Below are positions 1-12,765 of a stretch of 64,000 bases of DNA, in pieces. The position numbers were made by a program, and so were the translations under genes. The stretch lies in the NCBI RefSeq assembly GCF_046119375.1, contig NW_027362772.1, positions 72,788,001-72,852,000 on the forward strand, written 5' to 3'. Source of the DNA: Phyllobates terribilis (Eukaryota). Each line of letters starts with the position of its first letter. The first letter of the stretch is position 1. The notes beneath the pieces were generated by a model, which ran no database searches, was not told where the DNA came from, and saw only the letters and a list, made by a program, of their open reading frames with translations.

Positions 1-23
1 AGTTTCTACATAGCATATCATTA

Positions 24-151
24 GGCTACGTTCCCACAATGAGTTTTTTACGCTACGTATTTTTGAAAAAAGCAAGCAACCTGTTTTACTTAATGGGTGC
101 AGAAATGGGTGCATCAAAAACTGGCCAAAAGCTCATCATGGGAACAAAGCC
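24..151. mobile_element. Harbinger/PIF-like MITE
   Basis: Terminal inverted repeats GGCTACGTTCCCA / TGGGAACAAAGCC, flanked by TTA on both sides (21-23, 152-154). Confidence 0.6.
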
Positions 152-334
152 TTAGAATTCCTTTGTTGCCACGCCGTGCCAAATCACAGTCCAAGTTTCA
201 GTGGCATAGATGTTTTACATTTCATACATAAAGCCTACAGATTAGTAGGACCCCCAAAACATGCGGTACCCAGCTAGTGCAAACCGTCAAACTCCAAAGT
301 CCTATGACTTATTTTATTTTTTTATTTTCTATAG

Positions 335-700
335 AAACACAATTTGAAGTCAAGATCTATTATCGTAGCAATCTGGTGAAGAACACCTTGGTGAGGAACT
401 CAAATGGCTTCCACATCACTTCAAGTAAACAGCCAAATCCCGAAAGTTATTTAGAGGATGTGACGTTGCCCCCACCCACCATGATACATGACCAAAAAGC
501 AGCTGCTGAAATAACTAAAATTCTAGACAGCCTAAATCCGGGCACAATGATTGAAGTGCGAGACGGGTCAATATGTGCTAAAAGGCTGGGCAAGTGCCGG
601 AGCTTCTGGACAATGACGGACGAGCCAACTACAACTCAACCCAGTCCTATAAGCAAAACAGACTATAACGTTCTGTATAACTGTCAAACATTTGTGAAAG
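335..700 (+). CDS. irf3: IRF3-like paralog A, IAD (IRF association/SMAD-FHA-like domain) exon; upstream exons lie outside the window
   Basis: Acceptor ttttctatag|, donor AAAG|gtatga. Encodes TQFEVKIYYR...ICAKRLGKCRSFW...LYNCQTFVK, which aligns with the human IRF3 IAD (FEVTAFYRG...QRLGHCHTYW). Confidence 0.92.
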
Positions 701-2053
701 GTATGATCTTGACTCTTTTTCATGAATATTGATTAAGAATGGTCACATTTACTACATGTATGTGCGCGTCAATAAAACGATTGGTTTCGACCAGTCCAAA
801 ATCTTATTTTTAGGAAAAACAGATATAGGTCTTATTTTGTAGTAGTAATCCTACTGATCATAATGCAAAAAATACTATTAAAGGCAACCCGTTACCAGGT
901 CAAAAGTGGACAGTTTTTTGTTCTTTTCTATTCCCGCTGTTCCTCTGAGCATTCCGTTTTTTGTTTTTCTTAAATTCGTCGTACGGTTCCAGAGATATAG
1001 ACCTTTCTATTTAGTGCTAATTTTTATAGTCTGTATCAAGGGGGCGTGGCTCACAGGATAATTTATGCAGAGCAACCTAAACACACGCCCAAGAGGAACC
1101 TGTGAGACACGCCCCCTTCCTAAAAACCAGGCTAAATAAAAATGCCAATATCTCTGGAACTGTTAGACGGGTTTTAAAAAAACAAAAACTGGAATACTCA
1201 ATGGAGCGGCGGGAATAAAACAAGATAAAAAATGACCACATTTGAGCCCTTCTTAGGCCACGTTCAGTATTTGGTCAGTATTTTACTTATGTCTTTCTAT
1301 TATACTTTTCCTTTAATTTTTCCACTCCTGATATTGGCTTACAAATACTGATATAAGATACTGAATGTGTGAACATGGCCTTAAAGTAACATTTAAGTTT
1401 CTTTGTTGTATATAAGTCTGGAAAAATTGTCTGACAGCGAGTATGGTCATCATTATGGTACGTACAAAGGTTGTCACCCAACATTCTGGGAGTCCTGACC
1501 ACCCTGCCTAGTCGTACCACAAGCATCAGCCTTGGTGGAATAGCAATGATGGTCACTGATACAAGTTACCTCTTTTGATTTTAGAAGAAAAATTGTAGGA
1601 GAAAATTTTAGATTTATTTCTGTAAAGTTCTAAAGTTTAAAGGATTTTTCTAAAATCTAGGTGGATTTCAAATATCCCCTAAACCATGCAGAGCATAAAG
1701 GAATAGTCGTCAAAAACACTCCAGTGACATCACAATGTTACATAACCAAACAGTCAATCATGGCAGGGGCCTGTGAGCGCAACACTACAACCTTGTGCCA
1801 TGATTGGCTGCTATCGTCATATGAGATTTCAAGCTAATGTGATGTCACTATCTGTAGATCCAGGTTAGACAATGGCATTTATTCTCTTACTGTGATTATT
1901 TTTGAAGTTTTTTCATTTATTGATGTTGTGCATAGTATAGGGGATTTCCAAGTTTCACTCAGATTTTGGGAAACCCCCTTTTAAGTGTTTTTTTTTGTTG
2001 GTTTTTTTTTAATTCTAATATTTTTTTTACATCAATTGTCTTTTTCTTTTCAG

Positions 2054-2172
2054 AACTAATTGAGTTCATAGAACAAAAGAGGAGAGAATCTCCTCAATAC
2101 TCCATTTGGATCTGTTTAGGGGAATTTTGGCCGGATGGAAAATCTTGGAAAAAGAAGTTCATTATGGTCCAA
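2054..2172 (+). CDS. irf3: IRF3-like paralog A, penultimate coding exon (119 nt)
   Basis: ttttcag| ... CAA|gtgagt. Encodes ELIEFIEQKRRESPQYSIWICLGEFWPDGKSWKKKFIMVQ, matching IRF3 SPRYALWFCVGESWP...KRLVMVK. Phase is compatible with the neighbouring exons. Confidence 0.93.
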
Positions 2173-2528
2173 GTGAGTTTCCTACCTGTGAAACTGTCGG
2201 AATTTACAATATATCAGTATAGTATTTAACCTAATGGGGATGTCGGCCATTATTTTCCTTTAATTGAGTTGAACCTATTTTTGGTTGTATTGCTTTCCTC
2301 ACAATTCACACTCTCTGAGACCCAAAACTACCTCAAAAACAGGGGCCCCATCCTCGTATCTCATGGCAACTGTCAGCAAAGAGGTGGCAGTGCATGTGCT
2401 TCTCTTTCCTTTTGAGTCCTTTGGAAGTTCCCATAAAACTTCCAGAAACATCAATGAAGGGAGCTGCACATGCACGACCACCTCTTCACTGATAGCAGCT
2501 GTGAAACACAGGATGGATTATGCTGTAG

Positions 2529-3435
2529 TTGTGTGGAATCCATTATACTGTTTGGAGGGCTATTTGGAGTATCATTATACTGTATGTGGGCCATTATACT
2601 GTGTGGAGGGTTGTGTGGGGTCCATTATACTATGTGGAGAGTTGTGTGGGGTCCACTATACTCTGTGGAGAGTTTTGTGGTGTCCATTATACTATGTGTA
2701 GGGTTGTGTGGGGTCCATTATACTCTGTGGAGAGTTTTGTGGTGTCCATTATACTATGTGTAGGGTTGTGTGGGGTCCATTATACTCTGTGGAAAGTTGT
2801 GTGGGGTGCATTATACTATGTGGAGAGTTGTGTGCGGTCCATTATACTATGTGGAGGGTTGTGTGGGGTCCATTAAACTCTGTGGAGGGTTGTGTGGGGT
2901 CCATTATACTATGTGGAGGGTTGTGTGGGGTCCATTATACTATGTGGAGGGTTGTGTGGGGTCCATTATACTATGTGGAGGGTTGTGTGGGGTCCATTAT
3001 ACTATGTGGAGGGTTGTGTGGGGTCCATTATACTATGTGGAGGGTTGTGTGGGGTCCATTATACTATGTGGAGGGTTGTGTGGGGTCCATTATACTATGT
3101 GGAGGGTTGTGTGGGGTCCATTATACTATGTGGAGGGTTATGCAGGGGCCATTATACACTGTAAGGTTGTCTCAGATCCATTATACTGTTTAGAGGGCTA
3201 TGTGGGATATCTTTATACTGTTTGGAAGGCTGCTGGGGGCCATTATACTGTGTGGAGGGTTGTGCCGGGACTATTATATTATGTGGAAAGTTGTGTGGGA
3301 GCCATTATACTGTATGGAGGGCTGTGTGGGGGCCATCATATTGTGTCAAGGGCTATATGGGGGCCATCATACTGCGTGCGCGGGGATTGCGGGGGCTATA
3401 ATACTGTGTTGGGTCCACTGTGGGTTATCATACTT
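2529..3435. repeat. 31-bp minisatellite (CCATTATACTATGTGGAGGGTTGTGTGGGGT)n, about 28 copies, intronic
   Basis: Period 31 (copies at 2901, 2932); degenerate at both ends. It explains the repetitive ORFs at 2470-3468. Confidence 0.95.
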
Positions 3436-3805
3436 TGCGGGAGGGGGGTTACTTTAGGGTCATCATAGTGTAGGTGTGGAGGAACTCACTGTTTGGGTGT
3501 CTTACTGTGTTTGGGGGACACATTTGTTGCCATCCTACTTTATGGGGGCTATGAAAGTGGTATCTTAGTGTGTGGAAACGCTAAGGGGCTTCAACAGGAG
3601 CAAAATGAATTTGTAAGGGCTGCTCTTCTGTGACCCCGTTGAATATTTTTTTTTTGTTGGGAGGGGCAGATATCGATTTTTAATTTTAGATGCCTAAAAG
3701 TAACTTAAAAAAATTAGTTGTAAAGGCGGAAATGGCCTTTAAATTGACTAGCGACTAAAATAAGACTATTGAATGTTACTTTACAATCTTCTTATTTTTT
3801 TTTAG

Positions 3806-3976
3806 ATCACACCAATCTCAATGCAAATGCTACATGAGATGAGTTACAACATCGGAGCCTCGTCGTTACGCAGCAGTGAGGTCAACCTGCAAATCTCCGA
3901 CTCTCTGTCTCTGCACAGTACGAGTGATCTGCTGACTTTTCTTAAAGAGTTTGAAGAAAGGATGGAGTGTTCTTAG
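3806..3976 (+). CDS. irf3: IRF3-like paralog A, last coding exon (regulatory serine-rich tail)
   Basis: ttttttag|ATC...TCT TAG. Encodes ITPISMQMLHEMSYNIGASSLRSSEVNLQISDSLSLHSTSDLLTFLKEFEERMECS*, with GASSL (human S385/S386) and the pLxIS motif NLQIS (human DLHIS, S396). Confidence 0.93.
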   Translation: MTPISMQMLHEMSYNIGASSLRSSEVNLQISDSLSLHSTSDLLTFLKEFEERMECS

Positions 3977-4129
3977 AAACGCACAAGCTTGATCTTCCAC
4001 CGAGAGGAAAGAGACACAGAACTTAATCAGCGGTGTATCAATTTGCAAAATAGGACCACACACTGGCATCAACTGTACCTCAAACTTATTTCAACAGAAA
4101 ACGATAGGATAGGTGAAACTGTAAGTGTA

Positions 4130-4380
4130 TGATCAATGGGAGTCCAACCACTGTGACCCCTATCAATCATGAATGAGATCACGAGTGGATGTAGGGGTAG
4201 TGTCATCCATTACCACCACTCCATTTACTCTTCTGGGTCTTTGGGACTGATGGTGAACCTCCGTGACCACTAGTACATGGAGTGGCCTACACGCATGCTA
4301 CCAATCCATTCATCTGGGTAACACAGGACCTTCCTTCTTGAAATATCGTGGGGTCCCAGCAGTCGGACTCTCGTTGATCA
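4130..4380. mobile_element. Degenerate palindromic MITE remnant in the presumed 3' UTR of paralog A
   Basis: TGATCAATGGGAGTCCAACCACTGTGACCCC at the left is an imperfect reverse complement of GGGGTCCCAGCAGTCGGACTCTCGTTGATCA at the right. An inner pair CCACTCCAT/ATGGAGTGG is also present. Confidence 0.55.
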
Positions 4381-4410
4381 TACAAATTATCACCAATCTT
4401 TGGGATGGAT

Positions 4411-4416
4411 AATAAA
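4411..4416 (+). terminator. Candidate polyadenylation signal (AATAAA) of paralog A
   Basis: First AATAAA I found after the stop codon at 3976. Confidence 0.45.
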
Positions 4417-6542
4417 TGCTGCTAATAAATCCATCCAAAGCTATAATGTTGTTTCAAGGGTGGTCGTCCGCCTTCTAAAGAAATGCTTCTTGTGGGTCAA
4501 CCCTATTAACGAGAAAACCCATCCAAAGGTATAATGTTACTTTAAGGGTGGTCAGCCGCCTTCTGAAAACCTTGCCTTGGTTTTGTCTTAATTTCTGTTC
4601 ATAAACGAGGGCTTCTTAAAGGCTCACAGATCGTTGTGTCCCAATATAGCATGAATGTTGTCAGCGGGACATCCTCAGATTACACGGGCAGTCATGCGGC
4701 TGACAACTATGACTTGCATCATTCGTTTGCTGACTAGTATGTCCACAGCTTCCCTTTCAGTACAAAGGAAGCACATAGTATATATTTCATGGCTCTGCAC
4801 CTCTACATGATTCCTAACACAATTTTGTCATGCATCCTAAAATTAAAGGGTTTTTCCATTTACAGAAACCCCCAGTCCCCTCCCCTAATGCAATTTGTTT
4901 TAAAAAAAATAAATAAACTGCGCTTTATTCCTCCTGCCCGGGACTCCTCCGCTGCTCCTGGTGTCTGCTATTGTCTGCAGCACAGTGCCCGAGTTGACGT
5001 TATTGCCGTCGAGCTCATTGATTGGCTGCAGCGCTGTCAATGTGACGTCAGCCCTGCAAATAATAACAGACATCAGGAGAAACAGCCTAGATTCAGTTCT
5101 GGACCCAGGGAGGATGAGTAAAGCACAGTTTGTTTGTTTTTTAAGCAAACTGAAGCCGAGGAACAGGTTTCTTGAAAAGCAGAAGACCCCTTTAAAACCA
5201 AATCTGTGTGGCACTCAGAGGCAGGCTACTGTATAGTACATAGAATATGCTCTACACACTTGTATATATGTTCTTGTTCAGTTCAGAGGCAATCTGAAGT
5301 CACAGTAACCTTAATAGGAGCTGTAAAAAGATACATAAGACTAGATCTTGAAGATGTACGCCATATTAATTTAGTTATGCCTTTGTAGCCTAAGGATATG
5401 TTCACCATTCTTCTCCGCCATTTCTGAAATATTTGAAGAACTTATATGTTATCGAAGAACAATCAACTGAACACGAACAAACATAGACTTTTTTTAAATT
5501 TGTTGAACCCAGAGAATTCGAACAATATATGTATAAAAGCCAAAGCAGGGAATGCAGCAGTCCTTTTTATGGTGAATCTGGATAGTGAGAGGACATCACA
5601 GCTCACAGCTTAGCCATACAAATAGGGAGAGAATGCCATAAAACACTGAAGAAATGGTACAGATAGTGTGTGACAGCACAGCAGAGAAGAAAATTACTTT
5701 GTAAGGAAACAAGAATAATACAGATTTTAATGATATGGAGAGAGATAGGAAACCTCAGACCTTTCCAGGACAATTTAAGGCTTTGAAGAACTTTTGGTTT
5801 GAAAAATTGAATTGAAAAATTTCCTGGCAGAAGCTGGTGAATTTGAGTTTCAAAAGATTCGCACATCACTAAATGCGACCCATTCTTTGTGCACTTAAGT
5901 TCATTTTATCTATGTGATGTTTTCCAATTTCTTCTTTGTCGGCGGTGCTCCAAATGTCATGAGTATAAAGATATTTAACGGAGAAACTGTTTCCATTTCT
6001 TCCAATAAATGTTCTTATAGATCAAAAACTTTTGAGAACAAGTTTCAAGTGCACAAGTCATATCTTTAATAAAGCTAGTTATTTTTCGGAAATAACAGTC
6101 AGCGAGCTCTCATTACCGAAGCCAGAGAAAGTATAGTTCAAAGACAGAGTATCTCTTAGAGCGTGTCCTTATTAAAGGGGCTTTGCAATACCGGACAATC
6201 CCTTATTAATGGGCCTCCATACTAAGCGCTACGTTCCTCACTGGTCTCCTGGGATCAACATCTGGTGAGTCATCATGTGAACGCTCCAGCCGATCAGAGG
6301 CACTGAACGGCCACAGCATTTATAATTTATCTCACTGAAGGCAGCACTTAGTTCGCAGGACAACTTCTTGCAAAAAATGATCCCTACTAACTTGAGTTGG
6401 TGGGTACCGTTAGCAGTACCTGGTCCATCGGGCACATCAGTAATTTGTGGCCGCTGGACGGGAGCCCTGAGAACCTCCTCCTACCTCCCGGCATCTGTGG
6501 CTCTTTTTATTAGACGGCCTGGCGCAACATTACATGTGCGTC

Positions 6543-6814
6543 CAGTGCCGGACTGGGCCCACCAGTAACACTGACTCTGGTGGCCCACTGATCAGCTACA
6601 CGCAAATATCACATTACCCTCATTCACAAATTTGCCTAGGTTTCTATATAATAATAAACATGGTAGTTTGTTAAATGAATGTTGAGATGATCCCTTGTCT
6701 GTACACAGTGAAACAAATGTATTGTGCCAACGACTTCTCATATAGGTGGAAGAAAGAGCTTATTCCTGCATGGGGGCCCACTGGAGGATTCTCCTGTTGG
6801 CCAGTCCGAGCCTG
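6543..6814. mobile_element. hAT-like MITE
   Basis: TIRs CAGTGCCGGACTGG / CCAGTCCGAGCCTG; imperfect 8-bp TSD tgtgcgtc/tgtacatc. Confidence 0.6.
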
Positions 6815-7602
6815 TGTACATCACGCCGCAACAATGACGTCGAGCCAGGACAACTAATCAAAAGAAGAGACATGGATGCCTACAAGTAGGAGGTGGTTCT
6901 CTGGGCTTCATTTTTACTAATATGCAAATTGATTCCTACCAACTCTACTATTAACAGTACCAGACAGAGAATGCCTCCATTGCCAATGTCCTCTTTAACA
7001 ATGCAAGTCAGAGAATGCCCATACATATATACTGCCATACAGAGAGCACTGCCATCAATAGTGACGGTAAAGAGTGCCCTCGTTAGCAGTGCAGTGACTA
7101 TAATGGCAATGCCAGACAGACACAGCCTACATAAGCCGACATAAGCAATGACTCGAGCAAAGATGTGAGCACTTTGATGCATATTGTGCACAACAGATAT
7201 GCAGGCTGGTTGGAAAACGCCAGGGCATGGCACCATTCAAGTACAATTCTAGGTGGGTCTGGAGTATAAAAAGAGGGAGCGATTGTATCTCATGGTCAGG
7301 CAAAGTAGATGGCAGTTAGGTATGGTGTTCCACAGTGAGCAGCACCTGAAGGGGAATTAACACAGTGCTAGTCTCTGAGACCAGTAGGGGATTTTGCTAT
7401 AGTAGAATCTGCGGGGAAGAGACATGGAGATCATGAAGTGGTTCTGAAACAACATATAGTTGCGGACTACTCCCAGACAGCACATAAAGTGTCTAAAACA
7501 CATAATAAATATGGTGCAAACATGAAAGACAGGTTTTTTTGGCTCAAATTGCACCAGAATTCTGGAGAATTTTGTTTGATGAATTTCCCCCACTCTTCTG
7601 TT

Positions 7603-8504
7603 AAGCTCTATGCCATTGTACAATAGTGTAACCACCAAGCTCCGTGTCACTGTACAGTAGTGTAACTACCAAGCTCGATGCCACTGTACAATAGTGTAAC
7701 CACCAAGATCTGTGCAATAGTGTAACCACCAAGCTCCGTGTCACTGTACAGTAGTGTAACCACCAAGCTCCGTGTCACTGTACAGTAGTGTAACCACCAA
7801 GATCTGTGCCACTGTGCAATAGTGTAACCACCAAGCTCTGTGCCACTGTACAGTAGTGTAACCACCAAGCTCTGTGCCACTGTACAATAGTGTAACCACA
7901 AAGCTCCGTGCCACTGTATAGTAGTGTAACCACCAAGCTCCGTGCCACTGCACAATAGTGTAACCACCAAGCTCTGTGCCACTGTATAGTAGTGTAACCA
8001 CCATGCTCTGTGCCACTGTACAATAGTGTAACCACCAAGCTCCGTGCCACTGTACAGTAGTGTAACCACCAAGCTCCGTGTCACTGTACAGTAGTGTAAC
8101 CACCAAGATCTGTGCAATAGTGTAACCACCAAGCTCTGTGCCACTGTACAGTAGTGTAACCACCAAGCTCCGTGCCACTGTACAGTAGTGTAACCACCAA
8201 GCTCCGTGTCACTGTACAGTAGTGTAACCACCAAGATCTGTGCCACTGTGCAATAGTGTAACCACCAAGCTCTGTGCCAATGTACAGTAGCGTAACCACC
8301 AAGCTCCGTGCCACTGTACAATAGTGTAACCACAAAGCTCCGTGCCACTGTATAGTAGTGTAACCACCAAGCTCCGTGCCACAGCACAATAGTGTAACCA
8401 CCAAGCTCTGTGCCACTGTATAGTAGTGTAACCACCATGCTCCGTGCCACTGTACAATAGTGTAACCACCAAGCTCCGTGCCACTGTATAGTAGTGTAAC
8501 CACC
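7603..8504. repeat. 34-bp minisatellite (AGTGTAACCACCAAGCTCCGTGCCACTGTACAGT)n, about 26 copies
   Basis: Period 34 (7741, 7775), with a few shortened units; explains ORFs at 7647-8506. Confidence 0.95.
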
Positions 8505-10035
8505 ATTTAAAAGCTGCTATTCTCTGGCAGTAAATTGTTGTGATTGGCTAGCACGCCCAGAGGGTTTCCATATTGTATACTGCCAATCAGTGGTGACCTG
8601 GGCGAGGGGGCAGTGGGGCTTGTGCCCCCAACCAGCCCAGTCTCCTAGTAGTTGTTTGGTTTCGCCCTAAATCTGCCGACCACATCATAGTATAGTAAAC
8701 GCAGACAGGCAGCATGCTGTGTTAGTGATGAGCGAATCGGTTCTAGAAGAATCGAATGAACCTCGAATTTTACAAAAAAAAATCCAGATTTGAGTTGCTG
8801 GAGGCCTTCTCCTGAAGATCTGGCCCAGAGTGAAAGAAGATGCGAAAGAGCTTGTTGCCTGCCACGTAGACCAGAAGAGACCCGAAGCCAGCAGGGGATC
8901 GGCTGACGAAGGGACAAGTGAACGGCAAGGTGAGTATACTGTTTTTTTAGCTCCTACATTCATTACATTTTGGGGTCTAGGGTCGGGAGCGCGCTGCCAA
9001 TTTCAGATTTCGGTGCCGTCACTGGATTTGTCCACTACTCAGACAACCCTATCTCAATCACTGTTACTCTCTGACTTCTTTCGAGTGTATGTTTCGTCCA
9101 AAAGAAGTGAGTGTGAGGAGGCTAGTGATTTTCTGCAGGGCCCACGGGACATCATAATGTCATGTGAGTGCCGGCACCGAAATTGTTGGAATGGTGCCGG
9201 CACCGAAGGCGAGTATAGACAGTTATTATTTTACAAGGGGGAAATATAGTGATTGAAAAGGGGTTGTCCAAATAGTGGAAAATATTTTCTGGTGACTTTA
9301 TAGAGCATTACTGAAGCTAAATAGTAATTAGGCCCCATTCAGACATACATTTTTCAAGGATAGATAACGTACCCATTATAGCCTATGAAGCTGTTCACAT
9401 GTCCATTTTTTTGTGGACCAAGTGTACTCAAAAGATACCGGAGATATGTCCATTTTCCACAGTTTTGATCCAATATCAACCAATCGAGTGAATGGGACTG
9501 TAAAAAAAACCCCGTAGCTCGTAGATACTTCCTGTGATTCATCCGAGTGCTCTCTGGTTTTTATTGATTAATGTGTATGAAAAATTTGGAATTTTTTTTA
9601 TCTGACAAAAATGGATAAAAATCGGATCCAGCACACGGATCTAAAGAGGTCCTTTTTATTCATATATGAGAAATAAAAAGATATTTGAATGTAGCCTTAC
9701 AGCCAGGCTAAGGCTGGGTATCTCGTAGCATTCGGCGTGCGTAGCGGGTGTCTACAAACAAGTTGATTCAAGTTCGCGCGTATTTCCACTGGGTCATTAA
9801 TTGCAAATTTCTGGGGCTGGGTTTAATAGGGGATGATCATTTTTTTTCTATACACTCTTACATGTCTCATAAAATGGTGACATAAACCATTTTTTTTTCC
9901 CTTTTACAAAGCTCTGAATTTTTTTCTTACCGCTTCAATAAACAAAACAAACTGGTATTACCGGAATCGTACTTTTTTTTTTTTTTGTTACATTTTTACT
10001 GCACAATGAACACTGTAAAAATAAAATCTAACGTC

Positions 10036-10054
10036 TTTAGCGCCATCTAGAGGT
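10036..10054 (-). promoter_or_regulatory. CTCF-like motif
   Basis: Minus strand reads TGCACCTCTAGATGGCGCTA, one mismatch to the core consensus CCASYAGRKGGCRS. Confidence 0.55.
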
Positions 10055-10107
10055 GCAAATAACTTGCTGGACTAGAAGAAGAGGGTGGAGCGATAATGAT
10101 GAGATCT

Positions 10108-10120
10108 GGAAAGTGAAACT
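10108..10120 (+). promoter_or_regulatory. ISRE / IRF-binding element GGAAAGTGAAACT
   Basis: Exact GAAANNGAAACT consensus in sequence I could not assign to a repeat, between the two IRF3 paralogs. Confidence 0.55.
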
Positions 10121-11009
10121 TAGCCTGAGATAAAAAGAGAATGCACTTGTCAGAGAATCTGAAACCTATGCAGACTGCGCTGGAGGATACGGCTCGAAGG
10201 TCTTTCCATCTGCAATATATTGGGGTCAGTATTGTCCAGCTTCTTTAGGGGGAGCACATACTTACATTTTCTTATATTCTACATAGTATTTACAGTCAGT
10301 GTCGGACTGGGGTGTCTGGGGCCCACAGGAGGAATTGATCCTCAGGACCCACCCTACAGCAATATGCAAATACCCGATAGCCGATATCCCCGTTATAGTG
10401 GAGCGTCGACTGTAAATCACAGGCGGCTCCTGCACATATACTGTGCACCACCATAACTGGGATGTACAATTACGGTAGTTTGCAGTAAAGGGGTTCTTTG
10501 GTTAAAACAAGTTATCACCGATCCATGGGCTCCTCAGGATCGGTGATAACTTACTGATCGTTTGGGTCCGAACATTGGAAACCACACCGATCAGAAGATT
10601 GGGGAAGTTTTATCAATGACTGGACACTTATCCCCATTTTAAAATGCACCAGCAGGTGGGACGTCTGACCGCAGCTCCATTCATTCTCTTTGGGGGTTTC
10701 CTGAAAAATAATAAGAACAGCCACTGAGGGAATGAATGGATCAGTGGTCAGTCGCACATGAGCTCCTGTCTAATGGGGATAAAAGCTCCACATTCTACCA
10801 ATCGGTGCGGGTCCCAGCAGTCAGACCCTCACTAATCAATAATGTATCATTTATCCTGTGGAGAGGTGATTACTTGTTTTCCCCAGAGAACCCCTGTAAG
10901 TGCATCTTGTTCCAAGTATTTAATCACTAATGGAAATAAAGAATCTTCTAATTAATATCAGAGAGAACAAATGACCGCCATACAAAACACAATCCACTGT
11001 ACCAACACC

Positions 11010-11355
11010 AATAGTACCACATACAAGGGAGAAATACTGCCACACCATGACTGGACTACATATTACCACCACATAGTGACCGAATAATACCACATACAAG
11101 GGAGAAATACCACCACACTGTGACCAGACCACATATTGCCTTCACATAGTGACCAAATAATACCACATACAAGGGAGAAATACCACCACACCATGACCAG
11201 ACCACGTATTACCACCACATAGTGACCGAATAATGCTACATACAAGGGAGAAATACCACCACACCTTGACTAGACCAGATATTACCACTCCATAGTGACC
11301 AAATAATACTATATACAAGGGAGAAATACCACCACACCATGACCAGACCAGATAT
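11010..11355. repeat. 73-bp tandem repeat, about 4.7 copies
   Basis: ACAAGGGAGAAATAC recurs at 11023, 11096, 11169, 11242 and 11315. Confidence 0.9.
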
Positions 11356-11439
11356 TAACAGCATCCAAATAATTCCCCATGATTTCTCTCCCCACCTCCA
11401 TAATTGCTCCTTCCCATCCCCATCATTGCTCTCCCCCAC

Positions 11440-12765
11440 CTTCTCCAACATTCTCATATCTCCCCCACCTTCTCCATCATTGTCATATCTCCCCCACCTC
11501 CTCCATCGTCATATCTCCTCCATCATTGACATATCTCCCCCCACCACCTCCATCATTGCCATATCTCCCCCCACCTGCTCTGTTATCATTGCCATATCTC
11601 CCCCCACCTGCTCCGCCATCATTGCCATATCTCTCCCCACCTGTTCTGTCATCATTGCCATATCTCCCCCCACCTGCTCCATCATCATTGCCATATCTCC
11701 CCCCACCTGCTCTGTCATCATTGCCATATCTCCCCCCCCACCTACTTCATCATCATTGCCATATCTCCCCCACCTGCTCCGTCATCATTGCCATATCTCC
11801 CCCCACTACCTCCATCTTTGCCATATCTCCCCCCACCTGCTCCGTCATCATTGCCATATCTCCCCCCACCTGCTCTGTCATCATTGCCATATCTCCCCCC
11901 CACCTACTTCATCATCGTTGCCATATCTCCCCCACCTGCTCCATCATCATTGCCATATCTCCCCCCACTACCTCCATCGTTGCCATATCTCCCCCCACCT
12001 GTTCTGTCATCATTGCCATATCTCCCCCCACCTGCTCCGTCATCATTGCCATATCTCCCCCCACCTACTTCATCATCATTGCCATATCTCCCCCCACCAC
12101 CTCCACCATTGCCATATCTCCCCCCACCTGCTCCATCATCATTGCCATATCTCCCCCCACCTGCTCCGTCATCATTGCCATATCTCCCCCCCACCTACTT
12201 CATCATCATTGCCATATATCCCCCACCTGCTCCGTCATCATTGCCATATCTCCCCCCACCACCTCCATCGTTGCCATATCTCCCCCCACCTGCTCCGTCA
12301 TCGTTGCCATATCTCCCCCCACCTGCTCCATCATCATTGCCATATCTCCCCCCACCTGCTCCGTCATCATTGCCATATCTCCCCCACCTGCTCCATCATC
12401 ATTGTATGTCTCCCCCACCTCCTCTATCACTAATGCCATGTCATATCTCCCCCACCTCCTCCATCATCTTGCCATGCATATCTCCCCCTACCTCCCCCAT
12501 CACCATGCCATGCATATCTCCCCCCACCGCCCCCATTGCCATGCCATATATCCCCCACCATGTCATATCTCCACCCCCTCCCCCATTGCCATGCCATATC
12601 TTCCCCCACCATGTCATATCTCCCCTCACCTCCCCCATTGCCATGCCATATCTTCCCCCACCATGTCATATCTCCCCTCACCTCCCCCATTGCCATGCCA
12701 TATCTTCCCCCACCATGTCATATCTCCCCCCACCTCCCTCATTGCCATGCCATATTTCCCCCCAG
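11440..12765. repeat. C-rich minisatellite (about 31-33 bp; CATCATTGCCATATCTCCCCCCACCTGCTC)n
   Basis: Directly visible. It produces the low-complexity Pro/His ORFs at 11339-12881. Confidence 0.95.

Noticed and set aside
2285-3468. Many Cys/Gly/Val-rich ORFs on the + strand
   Set aside because: They are translations of the 31-bp minisatellite in several frames, inside an intron of paralog A.
4842-5195. Promoter-like CCAAT (ATTGG) and TGACGTCA sites near 5020-5050
   Set aside because: They lie inside a TTAA-flanked T2-type MITE (TTAAAGGG...CCCCTTTAA), so they are not evidence of a host promoter.
5603-7650. ORFs 5603-5869, 6880-7236 and an octamer/TATA pair (about 6921, 7265)
   Set aside because: No recognisable domain, splice chain or element termini; cannot be supported.
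8780-8935. Exon-like stretch ending in AAG|GTGAGT
   Set aside because: It follows a TAGTGATGAGCG hAT-type terminus, has no IRF similarity and no convincing acceptor; probably repeat-internal.
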